Below, in pieces: positions 40,613 to 50,674 of a stretch of DNA of 64,000 bases. Source of the stretch: an uncultured Acidobacteriota bacterium. GTDB taxonomy: Bacteria; Acidobacteriota; Thermoanaerobaculia; Gp7-AA8. Position 1 is the stretch's first letter, and each line of letters opens with the position of its first letter. The position numbers were made by a program, and so were the translations under genes. The DNA is taken from the NCBI GenBank assembly GCA_963822445.1, contig CAWGHO010000001.1, forward strand, positions 672,001 through 736,000, given 5' to 3'. Under the pieces are notes generated by a model. That model saw only the letters and a list, made by a program, of their open reading frames with translations, was not told the origin of the DNA and ran no database searches.

Positions 40613-40753
40613 GGAACTCCCTCCTCAGGGGGTTGTTTAGCGAATCTGATTGAGCCGGCTGAGGAGGTAGTGACGACAGACGCGGAAACGTATCACCCAC
40701 AAGAGGCCGCGAACCGTGTCTATCTCTCGAGAAAGCCTTCAGGCGATCACGCG

Positions 40754-40972
40754 ATGAAATTCGATCAACGGGAATGGGTCAACGACCTTGCCGCTAGCGC
40801 GATAGCGGGTGCGATCGGCGGCGCGGTCATGGCCATGCTCGTGCCGAATCCGCCGATTCCCGACGCCACCGTCGCGGGAGGCATCGTTGGTTTGGTCACA
40901 GGCATGCTGATCCATCCGATCAAATGGTTGCTCGATCGGCGCGCGCGCGAAGGTCCGGAGGACAAGTCATGA
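40754..40972 (+). CDS. Small two-TM hypothetical protein
   Basis: MKFDQREW...AIAGAIGGAVMAML...GGIVGLVTGML. Confidence 0.55.
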   Translation: MKFDQREWVNDLAASAIAGAIGGAVMAMLVPNPPIPDATVAGGIVGLVTGMLIHPIKWLLDRRAREGPEDKS

Positions 40973-41274
40973 CCGCACAAACGCAGCATCCACAGCCTTT
41001 TCAGTTCCTGCCGATCCTCGCCGCCGCGTTCTATGGCGTTCTCGTCGCGACCGGCGCGTTGACACTCGTCCTCGTCGCCGCAGCGGCGATGAGTGGCGGC
41101 AGCGTGACCGATCTTTTCGCCGATGTCTTCCCTCGATTCCGCGGCGGCACGAACACGACGCGCATTCCCGGCCTCGGGTACGCCATCTTCATCATCTACA
41201 CAGTCGTTGCCTCGACGATCGCCGTTGTGAGCCGCCGCCGGTTTGCGCATCGATGGTCGCGCAGAGCGAGTTAG
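40969..41274 (+). CDS. Small two-TM hypothetical protein
   Basis: ATGA overlap; two hydrophobic segments. Confidence 0.5.
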   Translation: MTAQTQHPQPFQFLPILAAAFYGVLVATGALTLVLVAAAAMSGGSVTDLFADVFPRFRGGTNTTRIPGLGYAIFIIYTVVASTIAVVSRRRFAHRWSRRAS

Positions 41275-41305
41275 CACTTCCTGACGCCGGGTGCAGAATG
41301 GCCAC

Positions 41306-41554
41306 ATGAATCCGCGGGACGAGCTCGCGAACGAACTGCGCAGCCAGGCCGTGCTCAAAGAGGAAACGGGGCAGATCACGGATGCGATCGCGCTTTGGAG
41401 CGAAGCAGGTCGGCTTTACGAGATGGTGAGTGTCGACGCCGGCGCGAAAGAGAGCGCACGCCGCGTGGCCCGGCTCAGTTCCGCGTCGTGGCGCGCGAAC
41501 CGGGCGTGCTCTCCTCGAGAACCTTGCGGAGATCCAGCTCTGTCGACTGCGTGA
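41306..41554 (+). CDS. Short TPR-like hypothetical protein
   Basis: LANELRSQAVLKEETGQITDAIALWSEAGRLYE has a TPR-like pattern; 3' end overlaps the convergent gene. Confidence 0.4.
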   Translation: MNPRDELANELRSQAVLKEETGQITDAIALWSEAGRLYEMVSVDAGAKESARRVARLSSASWRANRACSPREPCGDPALSTA

Positions 41555-42134
41555 TGTCGGCTTTCAGAACCGTCCGCATCTGCTCGAGCGCGTGCCGGTT
41601 CTCCTCGGGCGTATTCGACGCAACGCAGTCGGCGGGCACGACGACGTTGAAGTCGCGCATGTACGCATCGTTCGCGCTGAAGAGGATGCAGATGTTGCCG
41701 GCCACACCGGTCAGGATGACGGTGGAGACGCCAAGGTAGGTCAGCAGCGTGTCGAGCGTGGTCGCGTAAAAGGCGGAGTGCTTGGGCTTGAGCACGAAGT
41801 AGTCATCGTCGTCCGGTTGCAGGATGCGCGCGACCTCTTCGCCGCGAACACCGTCGTTCAAACAGTGCTCGACCACCCGCCGAAAGTCCGACTGCCACCG
41901 CCCGAAGTTGTCGTTGCAGTAGATCGCCGGGATGCCCGCCTGCTTCGCTTTCTTTTTCAGCGCGGCGATGCGGTGAGCCATCGGCACCGCCTGGTCCACC
42001 AGCGCCTCGGCCCCCTCGAACTCCATGTCGTTGATCACGTCGATGAGGAGAAGCGCGACCGCCGAGTTCTCGGGCACGCTCCCGTGCAGGTCTTCGTTGT
42101 TGGCAGGCACGAGCGTTTCCAAAGCATGGCTCAC
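41475..42134 (-). CDS. Isochorismatase-family cysteine hydrolase
   Basis: ALLLIDVIND, KPKHSAFY, LTGVAGNICILFSANDA. Confidence 0.9.
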   Translation of the reverse strand: MSHALETLVPANNEDLHGSVPENSAVALLLIDVINDMEFEGAEALVDQAVPMAHRIAALKKKAKQAGIPAIYCNDNFGRWQSDFRRVVEHCLNDGVRGEEVARILQPDDDDYFVLKPKHSAFYATTLDTLLTYLGVSTVILTGVAGNICILFSANDAYMRDFNVVVPADCVASNTPEENRHALEQMRTVLKADITQSTELDLRKVLEESTPGSRATTRN

Positions 42135-42155
42135 GCCACTCTCTACAATGCCGTC

Positions 42156-42881
42156 GTGGCTTCATCGGCGCTCCTCGAAAATGTCTCGGTAGTTGCGCCG
42201 GGCGGTGCGCCGATCATTCGCGACGTGACGCTGCGGCTCGAGCCCGGTGAAGCAGTCGCGCTGATCGGGCGGAGCGGCGCGGGCAAGACCACGATTCTGC
42301 GGCTGCTCAATGGACTGGCGGCGCCGAGCACCGGGCGGGTGGAGATCGACGGCGCGCCGTTCGCGATTGAGCGCCGCCGCGCGATCGGCACGATTCTCCA
42401 GGCGCCTGCGCTCTTTCCTCATCGCTCCGTCTTCGACAACATCGCCACGGTGCCGCGGCTCCTCGACTGGACCGAAGAACGCGTTCGGACGGCGGTGGAT
42501 GAGTTCCTCGATCGCGTCGGGCTGCCACCGTCGCGATTCGCCGATCGCTTCCCGCGATCACTCAGCGGCGGGGAACAGCAGCGCGTCGGAATCGCCCGGG
42601 CCATGGTCGCGCGGCCGCCGCTGCTGCTGTGCGACGAGCCATTCAGCGCGCTCGATCCCATCGTCCGGCGCGAGTTGCAGGAGACCTTCATCAACCTGCG
42701 AGACGGCGGCGACGTGACCATGCTCTTCGTCACGCATGACCTGGCCGAGGCGCTGCGGGTGGCGCGGCGGATCGTGCTGGTCGATGGTGGTGCGATCGTC
42801 TGCGATGAGCGGCGCGAGGCATTTCTGAAATCAGAGCATCCGCTGGTCCGCCGCTTCATCGAGGCCGTGCATGTGGACTGA
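42156..42881 (+). CDS. Osmoprotectant ABC transporter ATP-binding protein
   Basis: GRSGAGKT, LSGGEQQR, DEPFSALDP, VTHD. Confidence 0.9.
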   Translation: MASSALLENVSVVAPGGAPIIRDVTLRLEPGEAVALIGRSGAGKTTILRLLNGLAAPSTGRVEIDGAPFAIERRRAIGTILQAPALFPHRSVFDNIATVPRLLDWTEERVRTAVDEFLDRVGLPPSRFADRFPRSLSGGEQQRVGIARAMVARPPLLLCDEPFSALDPIVRRELQETFINLRDGGDVTMLFVTHDLAEALRVARRIVLVDGGAIVCDERREAFLKSEHPLVRRFIEAVHVD

Positions 42882-43485
42882 GATTGCCCGCGCCACTGGC
42901 GAGCACGTGCTGATCGTGCTCGCGGCGGTCGTCGTCGCGACCGCAGTCGGCATCCCCATCGGCATCGCGTGCGTGCGCCATCCGCGAGCTGGACGGATCA
43001 TGCTGCGCATCGTCGACATCGTGCAGACCATTCCTTCGCTGGCGCTGTTCGGGCTGCTGATCCCGCTGCCGTTCATCGGCGGCATCGGCATCCGCACGGC
43101 CATCGTCGCTCTCATCCTCTATTCACTGCTGCCGATCGTGCGCAACACCATGACCGGCATCACCGGCATCGATCCGCTCATTCGCGAGGCCGCGATGGTC
43201 CTGGGCATGACCGATCGCCAGCGCCTCGTCGGTGTGGAGTTGCCGCTCGCGCTGCCGTCGATCTTCGGCGGCCTGCGCATCGCCACTGTGCTCGCCATCG
43301 GCGTCGCGACCATCGCCGCGGCAATCGGCGGCGGTGGATTGGGAACGCTGATCTTCCGCGGAGTGGCCATGGTCGACAGCACGCGTATCCTCGCCGGCGC
43401 GTTGCCGGCCGCAGGATTGGCGCTCATCGCCGACCTGCTGTTCGGCGCGCTCGAGCGGGCCGCTGCAAGAAAGTACGGTACTTGA
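42871..43485 (+). CDS. Osmoprotectant ABC transporter permease
   Basis: QTIPSLAL, EAAMVLGM (EAA loop), IGGGGLG. Confidence 0.92.
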   Translation: MWTEIARATGEHVLIVLAAVVVATAVGIPIGIACVRHPRAGRIMLRIVDIVQTIPSLALFGLLIPLPFIGGIGIRTAIVALILYSLLPIVRNTMTGITGIDPLIREAAMVLGMTDRQRLVGVELPLALPSIFGGLRIATVLAIGVATIAAAIGGGGLGTLIFRGVAMVDSTRILAGALPAAGLALIADLLFGALERAAARKYGT

Positions 43486-43487
43486 CC

Positions 43488-44300
43488 ATGCGCCTGATCG
43501 TCGTCGTAACGCTGCTGCTCGTCGCCTGCCGTGAAAAGGAAGCGATCGTGGTCGGCTCGAAGAACTTCACCGAGTCGGTGATCCTCGGCGAACTGATCGC
43601 CCAGCGGCTCGAGAAAGCCGGCTGCAGCGTGGAGCGCAAGCTCGATCTCGGGGGCACGCTCGTCTGCGACAAGGCCATCACCGCCGGCGCTCTCGACGTC
43701 TACCCCGAATACTCCGGTACCGCGCAGGCGGCGATCCTCGGCGGGAAAGTGCCGATGCGCGACATTCCGGCCGCGTACGCGAAACGCGGCCTGCACTGGG
43801 GTCCCGCACTCGGCTTCGAGAACACCTTCGCCATGATCGTGCGCAAAGCCGACGCGGAACGGCTCGGGCTGCGACGCATCTCCGATCTCGCGAAGGTCGC
43901 GCAGACCTTCCGCGCCGGGTTCGGCTACGAATTCGTCGACCGTCCCGACGGCTGGACCGGTCTGCAACGCCACTACGGTCTCAACTTCGCCATCGCCCCT
44001 CGGACGATGGATCTCGGGTTGACCTATCGCGCGCTCGCCGCGAGTCAGGTCGACCTGATCGCCGGCAACTCCACGGACGGCCTCATCGACTCCCTCGGCC
44101 TGATCGTGCTCGAAGACGATCGCCGCTTCTTTCCGGAGTACGACGCGGCCATCGTTTCCCGCAATGACATCGCGCGGAAATGCGTCGCCGCACCGGCCGT
44201 GCTCGAGTCGTTGCGCGGAACGCTCGACGCGGCCGCGATGCGGCGGCTCAACTACGCGGTCGACGGGTTGAAGAAGTCTCCCGCCGACGTCGTCAGGTGA
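43488..44300 (+). CDS. Glycine betaine/choline ABC substrate-binding lipoprotein
   Basis: Lipobox LVAC, VGSKNFTE, YPEYSGT, LEDDRRFFP. Confidence 0.92.
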   Translation: MRLIVVVTLLLVACREKEAIVVGSKNFTESVILGELIAQRLEKAGCSVERKLDLGGTLVCDKAITAGALDVYPEYSGTAQAAILGGKVPMRDIPAAYAKRGLHWGPALGFENTFAMIVRKADAERLGLRRISDLAKVAQTFRAGFGYEFVDRPDGWTGLQRHYGLNFAIAPRTMDLGLTYRALAASQVDLIAGNSTDGLIDSLGLIVLEDDRRFFPEYDAAIVSRNDIARKCVAAPAVLESLRGTLDAAAMRRLNYAVDGLKKSPADVVR

Positions 44301-44343
44301 GAGGTGCTACCCTCTCCCTCATCCAGAGCACTACTGCCGAACC

Positions 44344-47300
44344 GTGAAACAAGGGAAACGGTTTCTCCCGTGGCTGGGCGTCTCGCTCGCACTGCTTGTG
44401 GGCATTGCCGTCTGGTTCATACAGCCGCTGCGACCATCGTCGCTGGCGCGATTGGCCGCGGCGACACCGGGCGACGCGCGCTTGATCGAGGCTCGCATCA
44501 GCGGTGGATTCCAGTGGGCACCGTTTCCGGGATCGAAACGCCGCGAAACTGGCACGCGCACACTGTCGATGCTCGCGGCCGCGCATCAGATTCTGCAGAG
44601 CACGGAAGAAAGATCGCCCCATGCTGCCGCTGTCGCGCAGCTCTTTGCGGATCACTCAGACGTCGCGATCGCGGAGCTGACCGCGATCGCTCAGGAGAGC
44701 CGCGAGGCCGCGGTGTGGAACGATCTCGGCGCGGCTCACTACGATGCGGCCGCTCGAAGCGGATCCGCCGAGCACCTGATGGATGCGCTCGCGGCCGTCG
44801 ATCAGGCGCTTCTTTTCGACCCCGGATTTTCCGAGGCCCTCTTCAATCGCGCGCTGGTTCTGGAGCGCTTTCACTTGCGCGATGCTGCAGCGAGCGCATG
44901 GCGTGACTTCCTCGCGCACGCTCCGTCCGACGGATGGCGTGATGAGGCCCAGCGGCATCTGGACGTCCTGACTGCGCCGCGGCAGACATTCGCGACCGAG
45001 ATCAAATCGCACTATCCCCGGTTGCAGGCCGGCGATCGCGCGGCCGCACGAAACCTGCTTCGTCTCGATGCGGGCGACGCACGCTATTTCGGCGAGACCG
45101 AGGGGCTGGCGCGTTGGGGCGAGGCCTGGCTGAAGCGTGACGCCGGTGCCGGGCAGCATCTCGAGGCGGTCAAGACGCTCGCGGCGGAGCTGGTCGCCTT
45201 CAACGGTGAAGCGCTTCTGCTGGACTCGGTGGCGACGATCGAGCGCGCGACCGAACGAGAGCGGCGTGCGCTCGCACGGGGACATGTCACCTACCGGGAC
45301 GGACGCCTCGCCTACGTGGAGCGGGACTTTGCCGAAGCGGAGCAACTTCTGCAGGCGGCGGTGCGCGATCTCACGCCGGGCAGCAGTCCGCTCGCGAGCA
45401 TGGCTCGTCTCGACGCGGCTGCGGCTATGTTCTGGCAGGGCCGTCACTCCGAAGCTGAATCAGAGTTTCGCGCGCTGCAACCCGCGGCGCCGGCAAAGTA
45501 CGCGGCTCTCCGCGCTACGATCGACTGGCGGTTCGCCGTGTGTTCCCTGGCTCGCGCCGACACGGGCAAATCCCTCTCTCACCTGAGCCGCGCCATCGAG
45601 GCCTTCAGCCGCCTGGGGGAGGCCAGCCACGCGGCTTACCTGCACAACATCACATCGCAGGCATACGACGGCGTCCGCGATCATCAGCGCGCCGCTCATC
45701 ATCGAGCGCTGGCGCTTCGCGTTCTGGGCCCGACGTCGAATGACCGCCTCGTCCACGCGATCAACGGAATCAGCCATGCCGCGGTGCAACTCAAGCAATG
45801 GCGTAGGGCGCGATCCTTTGTCACGGTGCAGCTCACGCTGAACGCAGCGACGGTGAACGATGCCGAGCTCCAGATCAGCGCGCTCCTGCGACGTGCGCTG
45901 CTGCACACCCACCTCGGCGACCGCGCTGCGGCCGCGTCGGACCTGCGTACCGCGCAGGCGGTCACTGCGAGCGTCTCGGATCCGGCGCATCGCACGAAGC
46001 TCCAGATCGATTGCGATACCACAACGGCGCTCATTTCGGATGATCCACGGACAGCGATCGCACTGCTCACCGCCGCCCTCGAGTTCCAGGCTGCAAAGGG
46101 ATGGCATGGACTGATGCCGCAGATGTACCTGCGGCGGGGGCGCATGTACCTGGCGCTGCACGACCGCGAACGCGCCGCATCCGACTTCGAGAGCGGGATC
46201 GCGCTGATGGAGAAGTACCGGGAGACGATCGAGCTGGGCGAGCAGCGCTGGGGGATGCTCGACGCGGCGGAAGAGCTCTTTGACGAAGCCATCCGCGAGG
46301 CGTTGCGCGGCGGCGCGGCGCCGGCGTTCGCGTATGCGGAGCGGCGGCGAGCGCGCTCGCTCTCCGACACGATAAAGAACGCACGAGTCTTCGATCACAC
46401 CCTTCTGCCTCCCGAAACGCTCGTCGTCGAATACGCAGCGTTGCCGGAGAAACTGCTCATCTTCACGGTCAGCCGGACGGGCATCGAAGTGCGTGAGACC
46501 GCCGTCTCGCAAACGCAGCTTACGGCGCTCGCGGAGCAATTCGCCGCGGCCCACGGTGAAGCCGATCCCAGGGAACGGGCAAAGCTCGCGACACGGCTGG
46601 GCGAGCGTCTCCTCGCGCCCATCCGCACGTCCATCGCCGCACACCGCGAGGTGGCGTTCGTGACGGACGCCTCCACGTCGGGAATCGCGTTCGCCGCACT
46701 TCCAGGCATCGCGCCAGAGAGGATGCTCGTCGAAGACGTCACGATTTCCGTATCGCCCAGCGCGCGCTTTTACCTCGCGGCGCGCAGGCGCGGTGCGAGG
46801 AAAGGAACGAGCGTTCTGATCGTGGACAGTCCCGAGAACGAGAGGCTGCGGCGCCTGACGAGAACGAGCCGGGAGGCGCAGGCGGTTCAAGCGGTGTATC
46901 CGTACGCACGCCGGCTCACCGGACACGATGCAACGCGAGCCGCATTCATCGAGGAGTCGCGAACCGCGACCATCATTCACTTCGCAGGACACGGAGTCAG
47001 CGGCGTCGAATCCGCGACTCTGATCCTGACCGCAACACCCGACGACTCCGGTCTTTTCGATGCACAGTCGATCTCGCGTCTCGACCTGCGGAAGACCGAG
47101 GTCGTCGTGCTCGCCGCATGCGACACGGCCCGAGGGCCCGTGCGATCGGCCGAAGGGGTGACCAGCGTGACGCATGCATTCCTGCAGGCGGGCGTGCCCG
47201 CCGTGATCGCAACGCTCCGGCCGCTCGACGATCGCGATGCCGCGGACTTTTTCCCGCGAATGCATCGTCATCTCGCGCGCGGCGTCTCCGCACCCGAAGC

Positions 47301-47388
47301 GTTACGGCTTGCCCAGCTCGAATGGATCGCGAACGCGCCCCGCGATCGCACGGCCGTGTGGGCGGCCGTACAGGCGATCGGCTACTGA
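44344..47388 (+). CDS. Membrane-anchored TPR + CHAT (caspase-like) protease
   Basis: N-terminal TM, TPR helices (EALFNRALVLER), CHAT dyad IIHFAGHG and VVLAACDT, WAA at the end. Confidence 0.88.
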   Translation: MKQGKRFLPWLGVSLALLVGIAVWFIQPLRPSSLARLAAATPGDARLIEARISGGFQWAPFPGSKRRETGTRTLSMLAAAHQILQSTEERSPHAAAVAQLFADHSDVAIAELTAIAQESREAAVWNDLGAAHYDAAARSGSAEHLMDALAAVDQALLFDPGFSEALFNRALVLERFHLRDAAASAWRDFLAHAPSDGWRDEAQRHLDVLTAPRQTFATEIKSHYPRLQAGDRAAARNLLRLDAGDARYFGETEGLARWGEAWLKRDAGAGQHLEAVKTLAAELVAFNGEALLLDSVATIERATERERRALARGHVTYRDGRLAYVERDFAEAEQLLQAAVRDLTPGSSPLASMARLDAAAAMFWQGRHSEAESEFRALQPAAPAKYAALRATIDWRFAVCSLARADTGKSLSHLSRAIEAFSRLGEASHAAYLHNITSQAYDGVRDHQRAAHHRALALRVLGPTSNDRLVHAINGISHAAVQLKQWRRARSFVTVQLTLNAATVNDAELQISALLRRALLHTHLGDRAAAASDLRTAQAVTASVSDPAHRTKLQIDCDTTTALISDDPRTAIALLTAALEFQAAKGWHGLMPQMYLRRGRMYLALHDRERAASDFESGIALMEKYRETIELGEQRWGMLDAAEELFDEAIREALRGGAAPAFAYAERRRARSLSDTIKNARVFDHTLLPPETLVVEYAALPEKLLIFTVSRTGIEVRETAVSQTQLTALAEQFAAAHGEADPRERAKLATRLGERLLAPIRTSIAAHREVAFVTDASTSGIAFAALPGIAPERMLVEDVTISVSPSARFYLAARRRGARKGTSVLIVDSPENERLRRLTRTSREAQAVQAVYPYARRLTGHDATRAAFIEESRTATIIHFAGHGVSGVESATLILTATPDDSGLFDAQSISRLDLRKTEVVVLAACDTARGPVRSAEGVTSVTHAFLQAGVPAVIATLRPLDDRDAADFFPRMHRHLARGVSAPEALRLAQLEWIANAPRDRTAVWAAVQAIGY

Positions 47389-47453
47389 GTCGCACGCGCA
47401 GCCGGGAAAAATCGTCCACGCGGCCATCTACTCCCTTGCAGGAGGAGAAAGCC

Positions 47454-48398
47454 ATGAGCAACATGAATGATTACGTCATCGACGTCTTTGCCAACGCAAT
47501 GAAGGCTGCTGTGAACCGGGACCAGTCGACCTCTACGACACCAGGAGGGCGGGAACTGGAGATCCTCTTCTACGGAATGATGTGCTTCGATCCGCAGCGC
47601 AACGGCACGTACCGGGTCCTGTTCCCGAACGGCATGGACCTCTCGGCCCTGACCGACATTCCGGTTCATGCGGCCGGTCTGTGGGTCCGCGATCGCGGCG
47701 CGAGGGCCACGGCGCGCTGGTCCGGCTTCGCGTTCCGGAACGACTACTTCGTTCAGGGGAAGAACAAGCTGACCATCACCGGCCTCGCGCACACGCCGCT
47801 CGACGCGACGCTGTTCGAGGGGCGCGTGACTAGTCTGAAGAAGTGCGATCCCGAGTTCACCATCGGCCCCGATCCGGACGCCGTGATCGAGTTATTGGTC
47901 GACCGCGGAACGCTCAGCGCTCACGTCGTCAACAGCCAGGGAATGATTGTGGTGCGCTGGGCCGTCCAGGTCTCGGCCGGCAGCACCGTCCGCTTTACGT
48001 TCGGCGACGACTTCGTGGAGATCCCTCCGACGGTGAGTCAGGTCTTTCTCGCGAACGTCAGCGCTGGGAGCGAGGACACCAAGAACGATTTCCAACTCTT
48101 CCGGAAGCTCGCGACGAAACCGGCGAAACGACTCGAGTACAAGCGGCCCGAGCTCGATCCGCGGGACACCGGCCCGCTCGTCCTGGATGAGCCAACCTTC
48201 GGATATGACTCCACGCCGAGGAGGGTCGTCCCGGCTCCCGCTCCGGGCGGCGGTCTCCCGGCGGTCGTCGGTGTCGTTCCGCAGTCCGGAATCTCGTCCA
48301 TCGCCGCGCAGTCGAAGGTCTTCACCGCCGTCGCCTTCAGCCCCAACGTGGTCTGTTCCGCCGTGGTGTCGCGGCCGATGGCAGATGTCACTGGCTGA
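47454..48398 (+). CDS. Hypothetical protein downstream of the CHAT protease
   Basis: Strong RBS aggaggag; beta-rich core, Pro-rich C-terminal region ending NVVCSAVVS. Confidence 0.75.
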   Translation: MSNMNDYVIDVFANAMKAAVNRDQSTSTTPGGRELEILFYGMMCFDPQRNGTYRVLFPNGMDLSALTDIPVHAAGLWVRDRGARATARWSGFAFRNDYFVQGKNKLTITGLAHTPLDATLFEGRVTSLKKCDPEFTIGPDPDAVIELLVDRGTLSAHVVNSQGMIVVRWAVQVSAGSTVRFTFGDDFVEIPPTVSQVFLANVSAGSEDTKNDFQLFRKLATKPAKRLEYKRPELDPRDTGPLVLDEPTFGYDSTPRRVVPAPAPGGGLPAVVGVVPQSGISSIAAQSKVFTAVAFSPNVVCSAVVSRPMADVTG

Positions 48399-48440
48399 AA
48401 CTTCCCGCGCGTCGGCATCTCGCTGAGAAAGGAATCTCCG

Positions 48441-49415
48441 ATGACCATCTACGCATCGCCCGGCTATTTCCAGGAAGCGCGCGAAGTCAAAGCCGCGCTT
48501 CTCCAAAGCATGTTCGGTGTCGCGAGCGTCAGCGCGGCAAAGAAGCCTCAGGTTGCGGCGCTCTCGACGCCCAAGCTGCCCGTTTCCAACATCCTCGGCG
48601 TCGGTTACGGCGTCAAAGTCACCTCCGGCGGAGGCATCGACGTTCTCGCGGCTCGCGTGTACGTCCGGGCCAAGCTTCCCGGTCGAGCATTGCGAGACGG
48701 AGAGCGTGTCCCGGAATACATCGACGGGATTCCGACGGACATCATCCCCGTCGGGTCGATCGCAGCGCAATTTCCGCGGCCGGTGCCTTGCGGCGTTTCG
48801 TGCGGGCACGTCGACATAACCATGGGGACGCTCGGATGCCTGGTGACCTCGAACGGATCGAACCGATTCATCCTCTCGAACAACCACGTCCTCGCCAACG
48901 TGAATCAGGCGCAGCTCGGCACGGATATCCTCGAGCCGGGCCCGGCGGACGGAGGCAGCGGCAACCCGCCCATCGCCCGGCTGACGGCCTATCAACCGAT
49001 CGCCTTCAACGGCATACCGAATCAGATCGACGCCGCCCTCGCGGAGCTGACCGACCTGGCGAACGTGATTCCCGAGATCGATACGATCGGGCTGGTCACG
49101 GCACCACCGATGAACGCTGCGCTTCTGCAGTCGGTTCGGAAACATGGCTCTGCGACGCGCCAGACGCTGGGCGTGGTGATGGACCTCGCCGCGGACGTTC
49201 TCGTCACCTACGGTTCGGATGTCGCTCAATTCGGCGATCAGATCGCGGTGGCCGGTGTGAACGGAGCGTTCAGTGCGCCCGGCGATTCGGGTTCGCTCGT
49301 CATCGACGCGACGACGACCAGCCCGGTGGGACTTCTCTTTGCCGGCGGCGAAGGACTCACATTCTGCAACCACATTCCCAACGTGCTCGACACGTTCGGC
49401 GTGAGCATCGTGTAG
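48441..49415 (+). CDS. Trypsin-like (S1, Nal1-type) serine protease
   Basis: GTLGCLV, LSNNHVLA, IDAALA, GDSGS. Confidence 0.88.
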   Translation: MTIYASPGYFQEAREVKAALLQSMFGVASVSAAKKPQVAALSTPKLPVSNILGVGYGVKVTSGGGIDVLAARVYVRAKLPGRALRDGERVPEYIDGIPTDIIPVGSIAAQFPRPVPCGVSCGHVDITMGTLGCLVTSNGSNRFILSNNHVLANVNQAQLGTDILEPGPADGGSGNPPIARLTAYQPIAFNGIPNQIDAALAELTDLANVIPEIDTIGLVTAPPMNAALLQSVRKHGSATRQTLGVVMDLAADVLVTYGSDVAQFGDQIAVAGVNGAFSAPGDSGSLVIDATTTSPVGLLFAGGEGLTFCNHIPNVLDTFGVSIV

Positions 49416-49430
49416 CGCACGAGGAGATCC

Positions 49431-49670
49431 ATGGCGACGATCGAGCAGATTCGTAACGCGAAGGCGGCGGCGAAACGCACGTTCGGCCGTACGCCGGGCG
49501 TCGCCGGGATCGGCATCGGGGATGGCGTCCTGCGCGTTTACGTGCAGGACGCCACGGTGATCGATCAGTTGCCACGGTCCTGCGAAGAGGTCGACATCGA
49601 GTTCGTAGTCACCGGCGAGATCAGGGCTTTCGATCCGCCGGCGCCGCCAACGGATGATGGTCGTAACTGA
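49431..49670 (+). CDS. Small protein resembling the N-terminal domain of the adjacent protease
   Basis: RBS gaggag; GVAGIGIG..LRVYV...LP...E.VDI..V.TG.I.A. Confidence 0.7.
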   Translation: MATIEQIRNAKAAAKRTFGRTPGVAGIGIGDGVLRVYVQDATVIDQLPRSCEEVDIEFVVTGEIRAFDPPAPPTDDGRN

Positions 49671-50100
49671 TTACCCGCGTGATCTTCCAGACGCCGTCCT
49701 TGTTCTGCCAGAGGTGCGTGAACTGCGCCTCGCCCATCGGCTGCACGTCGTCCTTCCCGGGATGGGTGAACCGATGCACGCCGGTCTGCACCGCGCCGAA
49801 ACCCTTCATCGGATAGACCTCCGTTGAAACGAGGACGCGGTTCACTTTGCCGCAGATGTTGTTCTTGACCGCCTCGGTCACGGCCTTTGCGCCGAGGGTG
49901 ATGCCGCCTTCGTCGTGGTAGAACTCGACGTCGTCGGCGAACAGGCTGGCGAACTTCTCCAGGTCGCATTGATTGAAGGCCTGGAAGAGCGCCGCATCGA
50001 GCTCCGTGATTTTCTTCGTGAGTGCGGCTTCCGGTGATGCGGCGGACGCGAGAACCGGCAACGTCATGAGAGTGAGCAGCAGGAAGGCTCGTGTCTTCAT
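49621..50100 (-). CDS. Secreted NTF2-like/DUF4440 protein
   Basis: Signal peptide; LFQAFNQCD, EFYHDEGG, WKITRVISYDH. Confidence 0.88.
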   Translation of the reverse strand: MKTRAFLLLTLMTLPVLASAASPEAALTKKITELDAALFQAFNQCDLEKFASLFADDVEFYHDEGGITLGAKAVTEAVKNNICGKVNRVLVSTEVYPMKGFGAVQTGVHRFTHPGKDDVQPMGEAQFTHLWQNKDGVWKITRVISYDHHPLAAPADRKP

Positions 50101-50141
50101 GAGCCGGGTCTACGTCAGTCGCGCGGCCGAGGTTTCAGCTC

Positions 50142-50598
50142 TCGCCCTCGCAAATGATCGGCGATCATTCATCAAATGATCTGTGCTCGCCCCGCGAGCT
50201 GACCGGCTTCGCCTCGAAAGTGAATGCCCGTCGCGTCCGAAATGATGGTCTGTCGCCCCGCAAGTGTTTGATCCTCGGCTCGCAAGTGATGCCCTCTCGC
50301 CCCTTAAATGAGCGATCCTCGCCTCGCAAATGATCGGTGCAGTATTTGATTGGAAACTCGGACGCCCCCGGAGGCGAGGACGCATCATTTGCGGTGCGAT
50401 ACCGGATCACTTTCGTACCCACGCCTCCAGCCATCTAAATGATGGCCGGTCATCGCGTTACGCCAACACCGATAACTTACGAGGCGTGCGAGGCGTCCAT
50501 TCAAGGCGACAGGTTTCGCCTCGCGAAGCGAGCAACGATCATTTGACAAAGGATCGTTGAGCATTTGAGGGGGCGACGACCCATCATTTGAAACGCGT
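50142..50598. repeat. Large imperfect inverted repeat built of 22-bp units
   Basis: Forward units (consensus TCGCCTCGCAAATGATCG) at 50142, 50165, 50187, 50209, 50231, 50253, 50275, 50297 and 50319. Reverse units end at 50377, 50399 ... 50553, 50576 and 50598. Confidence 0.75.
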
Positions 50599-50674
50599 CG
50601 CGTGCCGGTCCTTGACCCACCGTGCATCGCGATACTTGACACGTAAAACAATTCGACTTATCCTGCCTTTCGAG

